64,000 bases of DNA from positions 12,152,001 to 12,216,000 of the forward strand of contig JBITNC010000002.1 in NCBI GenBank assembly GCA_050084985.1, written 5' to 3'. Shown here piece by piece: positions 52,801-64,000 of the stretch (within the stretch, counting starts at the first letter, position 1; each line of letters starts with the position of its first letter). This stretch comes from Nageia nagi. Taxonomy: Eukaryota > Plantae > Pinophyta. Made by a program: the position numbers and the translations under genes. Under the pieces are notes generated by a model, which saw only the letters and a list, made by a program, of their open reading frames with translations, did no database searches and had not been told where the DNA came from.

Positions 52801-53148
52801 ATGTTGAGATGTGCTGATTATTATGATACTAGTCTAATCCTGCCTCATTGACCATTCATTAAGGCATTTCCCTTTGAGTTTTAGGGTGTTTATTGGATCA
52901 AGACTCTAAGTTATCGATTATAATGCACCAGAACTGACCTATGGATTAGTACCCTAAGCCTACCTATCCATATTGTGGATTGCTTTGAATACATGAGCAT
53001 ATAGAAACTTAACCCATTTGCTCATATCCACATCATCAAAACAATAATCATCCTTGTATTAAATTATTCCAAGCTTATTCAAAGAATCTTGGTGGACAAC
53101 ATCAAGGTTGGTCTTTTGAGGTCAATATTCCTGCTCTTTTGTTATCAC

Positions 53149-53378
53149 CATAGTAGTTAAAATTGCTCAAACTCGTGAGTACTTGGCGAGTTTGAATCTG
53201 AGTGGGCTCTGCTGCACTAAGTCCACTCAGACTTGTTTTCCCCAAGATTGGTAGAGTTTCAGCGAGTCTAGCCGAGTTTGAAATCTTTTTTTTTTCATTT
53301 TTTTGCCGAGTCCAGCCATGTTTTTTTCCAAGTTTGAGCCCCGGGGGGGCCTCGCAGAGTTTGATTCTGACTACTATG
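53149..53378. mobile_element. hAT-type MITE
   Basis: TIR CATAGTAGT...ACTACTATG and perfect 8-bp TSD GTTATCAC. Confidence 0.93.
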
Positions 53379-54526
53379 GTTATCACTACATGTCAAATTC
53401 CTCCCTTCAACATTCACTAAATTCTCCTCCACTCCTGCCAAGGAGGAGGAATGTAATGAAACAGTTAGAGAGGACATCCATCAATATTATATTTGAGTTA
53501 CATACAAGTCACCAGCCCACCCATTAGACCCAATTGGTCAAGTCCATTTTTACTTCCACATTTTCAAGTTGAGATGGATCACCAAATCCCGAAGGATGAC
53601 AAGCTTTATTGTTATTAAGCTATTTGGCAGGTGGAGATGGATCAATATTTTACATTCACATGCCTTGTCGTGAAAACACTGGAGGATATTACTATCTATT
53701 TGTTTAAAGACATGAGAGGCCTCGCTAACTTCTTCCACTATCTTGATCAAAGGTGTTTGGCCTTGAACCTAAAGAAGCAATTATTTGCAAGTGACAATCT
53801 ATAAACGACTTCTTAAATTTCTTCCCTCTTATATCTATTTTAGGGACATTAAGCAACACTTTGATGGTTTTGGTACCCACATTGATGCTAAGTAACCAAC
53901 GAGACCATGCATCCTCATGTATTATTATTAAAATTGTTGCAACCTCTATTGATTGTTGCATATGTTCAAACATGTATTGTTTAGCAATATCATATCATGC
54001 TCTAGAGACTTCATCTTATTTGGCTTCCATGAACATTTAGCATCAAGTCTTATATGAGCTCTTTTGGTTGATTATCAATGATAATAGTTCTACCATTTTG
54101 AGCTTAATGTTAGTTAAATCCCAATCTAGCTTTTCTAACTATAGCATGTTGTTCTAGCATAGCTTGTATGCAACATCCTCATCATGGCACATTCTAAGAT
54201 CACTAAACGAGTTAATACAAATTGTCTTATGGTTTATGACAAATCCTTGTAGGATGCCAAAGGCAAATATTTATAAGAAAAGGAATATTAGTCATAAAAT
54301 GCAGAAAAGCACATATGCTGAAAATGTGAACATAAATATGCTATGGAGCAAGATATTTCTCCTCGTACATTGTAATCAGTCACATCTTTCCATCAAATAT
54401 TCCACGAATACTTTGATCATTCATATCCTACAAAGATATCTAAGTGCCACAACTCATCAACAGATTCCCAGCCGCTAGTGGTGCAAGTAAAGGGGTAGCT
54501 AGTCACTTTAAAGACATTATATGAAT

Positions 54527-56420
54527 CATAGTTGGAAAAATCAAACTAGGAGAGTACCCTACAAGACCATTTTGGGAAAGTACTTGGCAACTCGAGAAAT
54601 ACTTGGCAAAAGAAATCTCAACATTTTATTTAAAAAAAAATCATACAAAAACCTATTTAAATACAAAATTTGATAGTTACAAAATTAATTTTCTATTAGA
54701 TTTCGATGAAATAAGTACAATTTACATTTCGTGATCATCAATATTCATAAAAAATACAACAATTTAAACTCTAAAGTGGTTCTATAATACTCTCCTTTCC
54801 CTTCAACCTTAAGTATGTCCTCGAGTTCTTGGGACTCTATACCAGTTGTTGCACCTTTTGACACATCCCTCTCAAACTTCTTGATTTCCTCTTAAGTGAA
54901 CATGGGTTCCACATCATCAACAATTCAATCTACAAGCAAATCCATCCCATCAAGATCAATGGCATTATGCAACTTTGTCACCTCCACTTGTTTGATGCAA
55001 AGGCAAAGATAGTATAATACAAATACAAGGTTATTAAGGCACTTCCAAGTTATGTTGTGCTTCTTGGTATGTATGCTCTCAAATAATGACCAATTGCCCT
55101 CACACCTAGAAGTGCTATGAGGATGACTCAAAATACATACTACTAGGTTATGACAATTTAGTGTTTGAGCACCATAATCTTCCCACCACAAATTTTAAAA
55201 AAAAATCATATATTAGAAACTCAATCTAAATTCTTAAAAGCACTACATTACTTTATTGAATTTTACTTGCCCAAGGTCATCCTCAACTGAATACAAAAAA
55301 TAGAAGAAAAACTAGTTCTCTCAAGTTTTTTGTAGGCCTACAACTCATCAAGGATTAGGCCTCGAATGTGATTACCAAGCATCATCCTCTCTATGCAGGT
55401 ATAGAGGCCATACATAACCTCCTCATCTGGCTTGAATGTATCACCGAAAACAAACTTAGGCTTAAAGACAAACCTTGCAACATGTAAAGGTTGATGGAGT
55501 TGTTTGGCATATCACCTATCAATGATATGTCAAATGGAATCAAATTTTCACTCGTCTCCATAATAAAAAAATTTGGATAACCTCCTTCAGCCTATCCATG
55601 GCCCCATATAGATATCCCATTGGCATTTGTTCAACATCTACAAGGCAAAGAATTTTGACCAAATGTTCTATCACCTAAAAATCATTAAAAAAATGAAAAA
55701 AATAGAAATTTAGATTTATGAATTAAAAAATAGAAACTAAAAATTGAAGAAACATAACTAGACACATTTAAATTACCTTGATGATCTCCTCAACTCCTTT
55801 CCAGGAAAAAAGTTGTCAAACACTATTTGGACAACCCTCTCCTCATCTTTGTTGTGGAAAGAAGGCCCTAACCACCATTCACTCACAAACATCCTCTTGA
55901 GAGGATCTTCTGCAACAAAAATGATTTGCAATGCCATGAAGATGGAAGCAAATCGAGTGGATCCTAGGCTAAAAATCCCCTTAGCACCAACATGTGATAA
56001 ATTTTGCAACATGCTTTGCCTCCTTAACCACATTTTTTATACATGACAATTTGTCAATGTCCTTGAAATAAGGTCAATGCAATGGACTACACAAGGGGTC
56101 CAAAATAGAGTGGGCTGCTTCTCCTCAAGAAGTCTCCTCACAGCTACATATGTTGTGGCGTTGTTCGTCACTACTTGAACAATATTCTCAACACCCACTT
56201 CCACCATCACCTCCTCCAAATATTTGAAATAAGTTGTGTATCTTTCACCTTGTGGAAGGTGTCAACTGACTTCAAGAGTACCATTAATCCACTCAAAGCC
56301 ACTAAGAAGTTTGAGTGTGAGATTGCTTGAATCTATCCACCCATCGAAGAAAATATTGAATCCATGTTTGTGTCAAACCACCTTTTGTTGTGTGTGAGCA
56401 ACAACATCCTCAACCAAAGG
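54527..56420 (-). mobile_element. Second, decayed hAT element: 3' TIR and C-terminal transposase
   Basis: CATAGTTGGAAAAATC at 54527. DGWID, VQVVTNNA..LFWTPCVVHCIDL, TRFASIF and WWEDYG..CEGNWSLFE. Confidence 0.88.
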
Positions 56421-57609
56421 ATATATTGTTGTCTACTAGGATAATAATAATTTATGTTTTTGCTATATATGAAGGCTACCAATTAAATATCTTGTGGAAT
56501 TTTTGATACAAGTTTTGGGTCCCTATATAAAAAGCCCCTTTAAATTTTTACCATTACCAAAAAAAAAATAAAACATTACAATTAAAAAATTAAATATAAA
56601 CTAATAAAACATTACAATTAAAAATTTGCATATATAAAAATAAAACTTAAAAACATTTGATGAAATTTAAATTACCTATGTTATTCGTATCACCTACTTC
56701 GGGGCTACTTCTGATTCCAATTGAATTTGCTTCCCTAGTTGCCTTGTTCGGGGCTACTTGTGATTCCAATTATAGGAGGCTTCATCTTTTTAGTTGGACT
56801 ATCTCCATATCGCTTTTAGATTATGTGGGGATTAATTTTCTTCTTCTTTTCTTATACTTAACTTCAAGAGTGTCCTCCTTCAAAGTTTCCTTCTCCAACG
56901 ATGTTTCCTCTAAAACAGACAAACCATATACTTCCTTCAGCACAAACAGTGTGTCTCATGCCCTAGCTACCTCTATCTTCCGAATCTCTAAGATTGAATT
57001 CGACTCCTCCCTCCTGTATTTTTTTATCATCTCTACAACTTGGGTGCTTTTCTCGTTCGTTTCCCTACTACCATGCACTAGAAACAATTGGCTTCTAGCA
57101 CTTTTCCACCTTGACTTGTTATAATGCCTTTCATGGTAAATCTTGCCTAAGTGCATGTTAGGGAATATAATATGATTGAGTGTCATTATGGCTACACCAT
57201 CATTCACATTTTCCTTCCATAATGATTTGTGTATTAGTGTTAGCCATACGGATTGAAAATATAGCTTCATTTATGAAGCTACATGTGCCTTGTCACTTTG
57301 CATCAAACTACCCTTCTCCCTCTTGTTGTGACTAACACAAGACGCCCCAAAATCCTGCCCTCAACAACTCTTGTCCATGTAGTATCATGTTTTTGTCACA
57401 TCCAACTTGAGAAGCTTAGCGCTACCTGGTTATCATGCCTATCGTCTCAAACCTAAGCATTATCATTCACCTAGTCTTGGCCATGTTAAGCAAAGTCTGA
57501 AATTCCAAAAAATGACTAAGTCTGGAAAGCCAAAAGTTGAGTTTAGGTGAACTAGGGGAACCCAAGTTGAGCCGGAGCCAAGTCAGGTGAAATTGAGCCA
57601 CTTCCAAGT

Positions 57610-58400
57610 CCAGCGCATGCCTCAAAAAGACAAAATTTTGTCTTTTTGGGATGTGTGCTTAGGTTTGGGAGATGTCCAGGTTGAAATGAAAAGTAAGAAA
57701 GGTGAGCCTGGGTACTTCCAAGTCAAGTGCACCCCTCAAAAAGACAAACTCTTATCTTTTGGGGGCATGCACCCAACTCCAGAGGCTGCTCGGGTCAAAT
57801 TCGGAAATGGAGAAGTGAAGTTGGAGCATCCAGGAGATGAGCGCATGCTTCAAAAAGACAAAATCTTGTCTTTTGGGAGTATGTGCTCAAGGTAGAGAGG
57901 CATCTAGTTTGGTCCCCTGATGAAATTTGGTTAAGGCATGAAGCCTCGAATCCAGTATCCAATTCAAACATGACCAAAGGGGCAGGCGCATGGTCTAAAA
58001 AGACAAAATCTCGACTTCTTTAGGCATGCACTTGACCCAGGGAGACATCAGGTTGGCAAAAATGGTAAAATTCGACTAAGTCCTAATCGCAGAAGGCTAG
58101 AAACAAGTAAAAATGGGCAAGCGCAACCCGACGCATGCCTCAAAAAGAAATGTTTTTGTCTTTCTAGGACATGCACCCAAACAAGCATGATTGGAAAGTT
58201 GGGCGCACGTTTCAAAAAGACAAAAGCTTGACTGTTTGAAACATGGGCCTGGCCTGGGAAGTGTTCTGGATGAGCTTGAACACGAAGGTCAAGATGCACA
58301 AGTGGGAGAGCCAGGGTGTTGAACGACCAAAGAGCATGCACTTCCAAATTGAGCACATGATCCATAAAGATATTTTTTTGTCTTTTCTAGGCATGCGCCC
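57610..58400. repeat. Array of seven ~46-bp imperfect palindromes
   Basis: Consensus GCGCATGCCTCAAAAAGACAAAA-TTTTGTCTTTTTGAGGCATGCGC at ~57613, 57728, 57841, 57986, 58131, 58203 and 58353. Confidence 0.85.
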
Positions 58401-58555
58401 ACCCTGAGGACACTCAACCACCCCCATGTCCAATTTCTAACGGAAATGCAATAAATTCAAAGCTGGCACACATCCTTAGGTCAGCCATCTGGACAGCTAG
58501 GATGGGGTTTCAAGATGCCTGGCCAACTAGGGTTTTGAAGGTGACCTAATTTGGC

Positions 58556-58563
58556 TATAAATA
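58556..58563 (+). promoter_or_regulatory. TATA box upstream of the embedded ORF
   Basis: CTATAAATAC followed by a pyrimidine-rich leader, ~220 bp before the ATG at 58784. Confidence 0.55.
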
Positions 58564-58783
58564 CAAGGTCAGAGACTCATTTTTCTCAAATTTAAATCAC
58601 TCTCCTCTTCATTTCTTGTGCCAGAATTGCAGAAGAAGACCATATTTCGGGTTTCGAATCCACCCTAGCACCTTTCCAACCACACATGGGGCTTTTTGAA
58701 GACAAGACTTGGACAACGTTGGGGGAGCTTCACCTCGAAGGACCTGCACATCACTTTTGGAGATACCCATCAACCACTCAGAT

Positions 58784-61700
58784 ATGATGACAAGTTCGAG
58801 AAGTAGTACGACCAAAGAGATTGCAAGGGACTTGGAGATGTTGAGACAAGACTGTAATCTCTCGATATGTGAGAGGCGAGAGCCCCTACCACAAGGGGCC
58901 AAATTTTCAAAGAATGGATTTGCCACTATCGGAGATATAGATTGGCAAAAGGTAGATCACATGCAAATGAGGGAAAAGATACGTAACATGGAGATTAGCA
59001 TATTGAAACAGGATGTTGTGTTCTTCCTAGGTCTCTCCACCGCCACTTTCCCAGAATTGTGCATAGAAGTGAGCCAGCATTGGAAGAAGGTCGAGAGGGT
59101 GCTCAAAGACATTAAGGGGGATGTCATCATGGACTTTGGCCTTGAGGCCATCAAGAAGGAATTTCAATGGATGGCAGAAGGGAGTTTCGACTACAGTTAA
59201 GCGGAGTCAATTGCTTGTAACCAAGGGACCAACAAAGGGGCCATTGCCATAAGGGATTGCATGGCCTCAAGGGAAATGTTCTCATCAATGCTGCTCACAG
59301 CAACTTCTACCCCATTGTATAGTTTATGATCTTGATGTTGTCAAGGATCCTTGGAAAAGAAGATGGTTCTAAGTTTAATATGGAGTTCTTTGGCTTAATC
59401 GTTGAGATGGCGAGGGGAAGGAAGATTAAATAGAGCAAGGTGTTGAGTAATACCCTTGCAGAGCAGTTGTCATCAATGGGCACCTCATGCAAATTCTATC
59501 TCAACTCATATTTGGTATACTTGTTGCTTCATGGCAAACATAGACCCACGGCTCAAGGAGAGGTAGCATGGATCGAGAAGGGAACATATGCCATAGGGAA
59601 ATGTTACCCCAAGTGGAAGATTAAAAGAAAATGGGATAGTTTCTTCATAAGAAACAATGGATGGGAGTATGAGATCTACAAGGAGTTGAAGGGTGAAATC
59701 ACAGTGACTAGGAGCTCAAACTCATCATAGGATGCATTAAGGAAGCATGGGGAATTCTTCATACATCACCAACACTATTCCTATATCAGGATTTATGGAT
59801 CAGCCGTGGAGCCATGTCAGTTGCCCATATATGTTACTAATAGACTAGTCTTGATGGAGATGATGAGGTAGTTGGCTTACTTAAATGAGCATGTGTGGCA
59901 CAAGAAATTGTCCACCTCAAATTTGTCAATCATAGTGGGAGAATATCAGTGCAGAACTTAGGCGGATATGGATTCAATGGAGGAAATGGATAGATTCCAC
60001 TTCAAGAAGTTGACCACCATAGACCACTATGATCTAGAGCATAAGATTCATGGCTTCTATACAAAGGAACGAAAGAGGGCTTATGAGCACAAGCCACTTG
60101 GAAACGAGGGGCTATTCAGGAACATGAGCAGTGAGGTGGAGATGAGAAAGAATTGTGCTAGGATGCAAGAGGAGGCTTATAAGCAACAACAGACCATGGA
60201 GACCACTATTGACAACAGGTTGTCACAACCAAAGGGGAAGAGACAATAAGAGTCCACATCCAGAGTTACACAGTTCCCTTTGACGAATGAAGAACCTATT
60301 AGCCAATATGCTTTAATGAGTGGTAAGAATCTAGTTGAGACAGTGGTTGAGCGAGTGAGGGCGACCATATATGAATATGATATGAAAGAGCTTGAGAACA
60401 TGGTGGCCAACAAGGTAGTGAGGTGTGTAAGGAACAAGGAAAAAGATCCATCGCCTGCAGAACAACCACCTAAAGGGCCAATTCAATGCCCATCTACAAT
60501 CATTCCACCATCAAGGTCCTCATCCTCTAGCCCTTTATACGAACCAAATGATAGCCAAGGAAATGAACAAGGGGAGGGGGGCGAACAAGAGGTGAATACA
60601 ACTCAACCAAGTTAGATCCCAGATACTTGGGAGTAGGAATCTTTAAGAATTTTAGTAGTTTGGAATCTCGTCTCTTCGAAGCCTTCTACCTCTTGAAGGA
60701 AAGGGAAGAGTCCAACCTCCGAATCAATCCCCAAGAGAGCCCAGTTAAAGAGAACACCTTAGTCATGGTCATCAGAGGTTCCCGATAAAAATGTTGATGA
60801 GGAGGCAAGGCCCTCGAAAAGACCCCAAAAAGAGTGTTACCATCAATCATGAGCCAATCATCAAGACCCACCAGTTGTCACCTAATGATGAGTGGAGTGT
60901 AGATATGGAGGAAGACTTGATGTTTTCAATATGGACGTCGGGAAGGAGTTTGGAATTGATGAGGTCAATGATCAGGTTGGAGAGAGCTCCACTCGTCCAG
61001 AGAAGAGTCAAACATATGTATACTTGGTCGACAATGCAGTTCATATCAAGACATTGTAAGGGCAACCTACAATGGCCTGGAGACCTCAAACAGATAAATC
61101 AAATCATCAATATAGGTCCCATTGGCATCGTTGGTAGGAAGCATGCAATCAACACAATCGCCAAGGATGGGCTGCAAAAGGAGAAAGAGATCAAAAGCCT
61201 CAAGAAGGAGTTAGCCGCCCATAGGAGATTGACTAGAGAGATCGAGTCCGCAAAGGTACCCCCTGAAGAGCTTAAGAAGCTGAAACCTTTGAAGGAGGGG
61301 ATGGTTTTCGTAAAGCAAGAGATGATTGACGATATATTGACAGTGGTGACATAGTTCATAGATGCTTTGCAGAAGTTCTCAATTGAGGAGCAGAAGTTGA
61401 AAGATATTGTGGCCAACAGAGTCAGTTTCCTCATGAGCTTAGAGTATCGGAGACCTATCATTGAGAGGTTCTAGATGACTAAAGATCAGAGACCAAAGGA
61501 TGCCAGCTTTTGTGATGATTATTGGTTTTATTTAGGGGTGGTGCAATAGATGGCTACTTACTTTCAAGAAGTGAGTAAGGAGGTCACTAAGATTAACAAT
61601 AAAACCAACTCAAGCCTAGAACAAATGGATTTCGAAGTTAAGTTTCTTGAGGAGGGCACCACCATCAAAGAGACGGACCTGGTAGTCACGGAAGTGAGAC

Positions 61701-61945
61701 ATCTACTCCAAAGCCTATGCATGACTGAGGATATCAACATGTACCAGACAGAAAGCCATCTTAAACACATGTTAAGGGCTCACGCTTGGAAGATTAAGAT
61801 GCAGAGGATGATCAACAAGGTTGAGCATTGAGTAGCAAGGAACATTGCGAGGACCTCGTAGATGATACGTGGGTTAGAGTTCATAGCCAAGTTCTTGGAT
61901 GAGGAATTTGAAGACAAAGTTGCAGCCTCGAGGCCACCATCATAG
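58784..61945 (+). pseudogene. Decayed ~1050-codon retroelement accessory gene (globular N-half, low-complexity linker, coiled-coil C-terminus); not gag or pol
   Basis: ORF-track fragments at 58709, 59440/59968/60280 (same frame) and 60791/61550 (same frame) join through deamination-type stops and at least 2 frameshifts. Purine-rich coding bias throughout. Confidence 0.75.
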
Positions 61946-63374
61946 TCATTATTTTATTTTATTTTTATTTTCAAGAAAATATATTTTATTTCTACAAAAA
62001 TACTTTTTTATTATTATTTTATTCCCAAACTTGTGATGGATGAGGATTTGCTCCCACAAGTTTGGAAGGGATATTGTAACGCCATGTGGCATTTTATTAT
62101 TGGACCACTTATGTTTCTCTTGGTAAACATAATTAGGGTTAGGGCAACACTTAGGGTTGCCACAAAAACTATTTATAGCCCATTTGGGCTCATTTTTAAG
62201 GGGATTAGATATTTTGCACTTGTGAGAAACTTAACTCCTATTTTCAATTAAACAAGTTGCTCCATTTGTGAATGTAGTATAGCTTCAAGTAAATGAATGG
62301 TGAATGCTCTCATTGTTGGAACTATGAACATGTTGTGAATGCTTTGTTGTATATCTTGAATGAATGACTGATATTGCTATCTTGCTTTGCTCACGTTTGC
62401 TTGGTTCATTTCATAAACCTTGTGTTGAGGTGGATAAGAGAATTTGTTGAATACCCTTTGAAGTAACCATTGAGTAAGACGTGATGTGCAATAGTTCATA
62501 GTTTGCATGTTAGACTTGTGTTGTTTGGGATGACTTCTTTTATGTCGACTTCACTCCATCATTGAAGACTTAACCACGATCTACCCTATTGCCATCCTTG
62601 CCTTTGCTTCATGCTCCTTGCACGAGTCCATTCGTGTTGATAGTTAGCGAGAAGGATACAAAGTGCATGGAACTCACATCAAGCTCTAGGAAAGTAGATC
62701 CCAATCTTTGCACCAATCGGTGAGACCACATGCACTTGTGCTCAACACACATACCATTGTCTAGTCTACACCCTTTTTCTTTATTTTCCACTTTTTTTTC
62801 CACGGCTTTCGCAACCCTATTTTTATTTTTGTTTGAGAAACAACCATTTTCTGGAAACAAGGACACTCCAAGTCCTTGATTAACAAATTTCATTTGAGTT
62901 GGAAACAGCTTCAAACATCTTAGCCAATCTCCTGAGTTTACTCTTGCACCCATTCACGAGCCCTTTGAGGTAACCAATCCTCATAGCAGGTAGGGGTCAC
63001 GCCCTTCCACCTAGTTGTTGGTGTCTTTCACAAGCCTTACAAGTCAATTTGCCTATCGACGAGGTAGGAAAGAAGAAGCTCCCAACACCTCCCTACCACC
63101 CTTGTAATGTTTTATTATTTTATATTAGTTTACATTTAAATTTAATTGTAATGTCTTATTATTTTATACTTAATTTTCATATTTTTCTAATAATTTATAT
63201 TATATTTAAAATTAATATCTTTAATATTTTAATTATATTTAATTTTAATGTTTTTAACATCTAATTATATTTAATTTTAGTATATCAAATTTTATGTCGA
63301 ATTTTTTAAACATGTCAAATTCGTTTTGAACTTCAAGAGTGTCAAACTCAAATACGAACTCAAACTTGACTACC

Positions 63375-63880
63375 TAGGTTGTAGCTCATGCTGCATTCTT
63401 CTTTTCCTTCCCCATGCTATAGTTTCAAGGGAAGGTTGTATATCTCCACAAGGAACAAAGAAACCCCCACTGCATTGTGCCTCTCTACGCTATTACCACT
63501 TAAAGACCAAATGTGTAGGCCATGGGTAAAATTTGATGGCAATATTGACTCATGGGGTGTGTATTCATTGAAGCGGATGTTCCTAAGCCCAACTCCAACT
63601 TCAACCCAAGTTATTTAATTTTTCTATCTTCTCCAACTCGGAAGCAAGTAGAGTTTGCATCTTGCAAGAGACCTTGAGGTCCACAACTTCGTTAAAGCCC
63701 TACATCCCAATCAAATATCTTTGCAAGATGGTATTTGAACAAATTAATACTACCCTTGTAACTCTTATTGCAATAATTGCAAATTACTTGGTTATTAAGA
63801 AATCATTTCTTCCATGCTTCCAAGCAGGATCCTTCCCTGCAAATATGCTTGAATGCCCCTAATCTTTAGAAGCCATTTAT
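63375..63880 (-). pseudogene. hAT transposase N-terminus (BED finger), probably the 5' part of the element at 54527
   Basis: KDPAWKHG..VICNYCNKSYKGSINLFKYHLAKI and FFVP..QPSLETIAW. Confidence 0.8.
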
Positions 63881-64000
63881 AAACAAAAAACCTTTGAGTT
63901 ATAGGCATGCTAATAAAAAAACAAAAAATTGCTTGAAAAAAAATAAAAAACCCAACCTTTATAATTCTTAGTGAATCTACAAAGTGGAAAAAAAAAACAT

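Larger units (their letters stand above)
57324..63087 (+). mobile_element. 5.76-kb TG...CA insertion with 5-bp TSD: putative giant solo LTR with an embedded gene
   Basis: TGTTG at 57324 and CAACA at 63087. Flanks CCTCT/CCTCC (one C>T). No terminal direct repeats, gag, pol or PBS recognised inside. Confidence 0.68.

Noticed and set aside
53400-54500. Decayed minus-strand ORF fragments
   Set aside because: Probably TE accessory sequence, but no motif or boundary could be supported.
57587-58433. Short repetitive ORFs (QKDKILSF) or a CRISPR-like array
   Set aside because: The ORFs are translations of the palindrome array. The context is eukaryotic, the repeats are degenerate with irregular spacing, and there are no cas genes.

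Overview
Eukaryotic, AT-rich, strongly CpG/CHG-depleted plant nuclear DNA, most likely a conifer or other gymnosperm (inferred from the PPR motif style, giant introns and TE types). Two host genes lie on the minus strand. (1) An intronless PLS-class PPR gene (24944-22281): the PPR-E1-E2-PG-box frame is intact, but the DYW deaminase domain is detached by a frameshift and further decayed. (2) The last two coding exons (51510-51473 and 41735-41665) of a TruB-family tRNA pseudouridine synthase, missed by the ORF track and separated by a 9.7-kb TE-filled intron. The rest is layered transposon debris: two tail-to-tail members of one Ty1/copia family (one complete, 12378-20977, TSD ATCCA), gypsy relics, three non-L1 LINE pieces, a 2.6-kb short-LTR non-autonomous element, a complete hAT with TIRs and TSD, a second disrupted hAT and two hAT MITEs. 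The best candidates for undescribed biology are: (a) a 5.76-kb TG...CA, TSD-flanked unit (57324-63087) that looks like a giant solo LTR yet holds a ~1050-codon non-gag/pol gene with its own TATA box behind seven ~46-bp palindromes; (b) the copia family's ~3-kb gene-like leader (CpG-rich island, splice donors, a ~190-codon decayed exon and an intron joining it in phase to gag), present in both copies; and (c) a PPR apparently in transition from DYW class to E+ class. All alignments were done by eye, so boundaries without a TSD or TIR are approximate.
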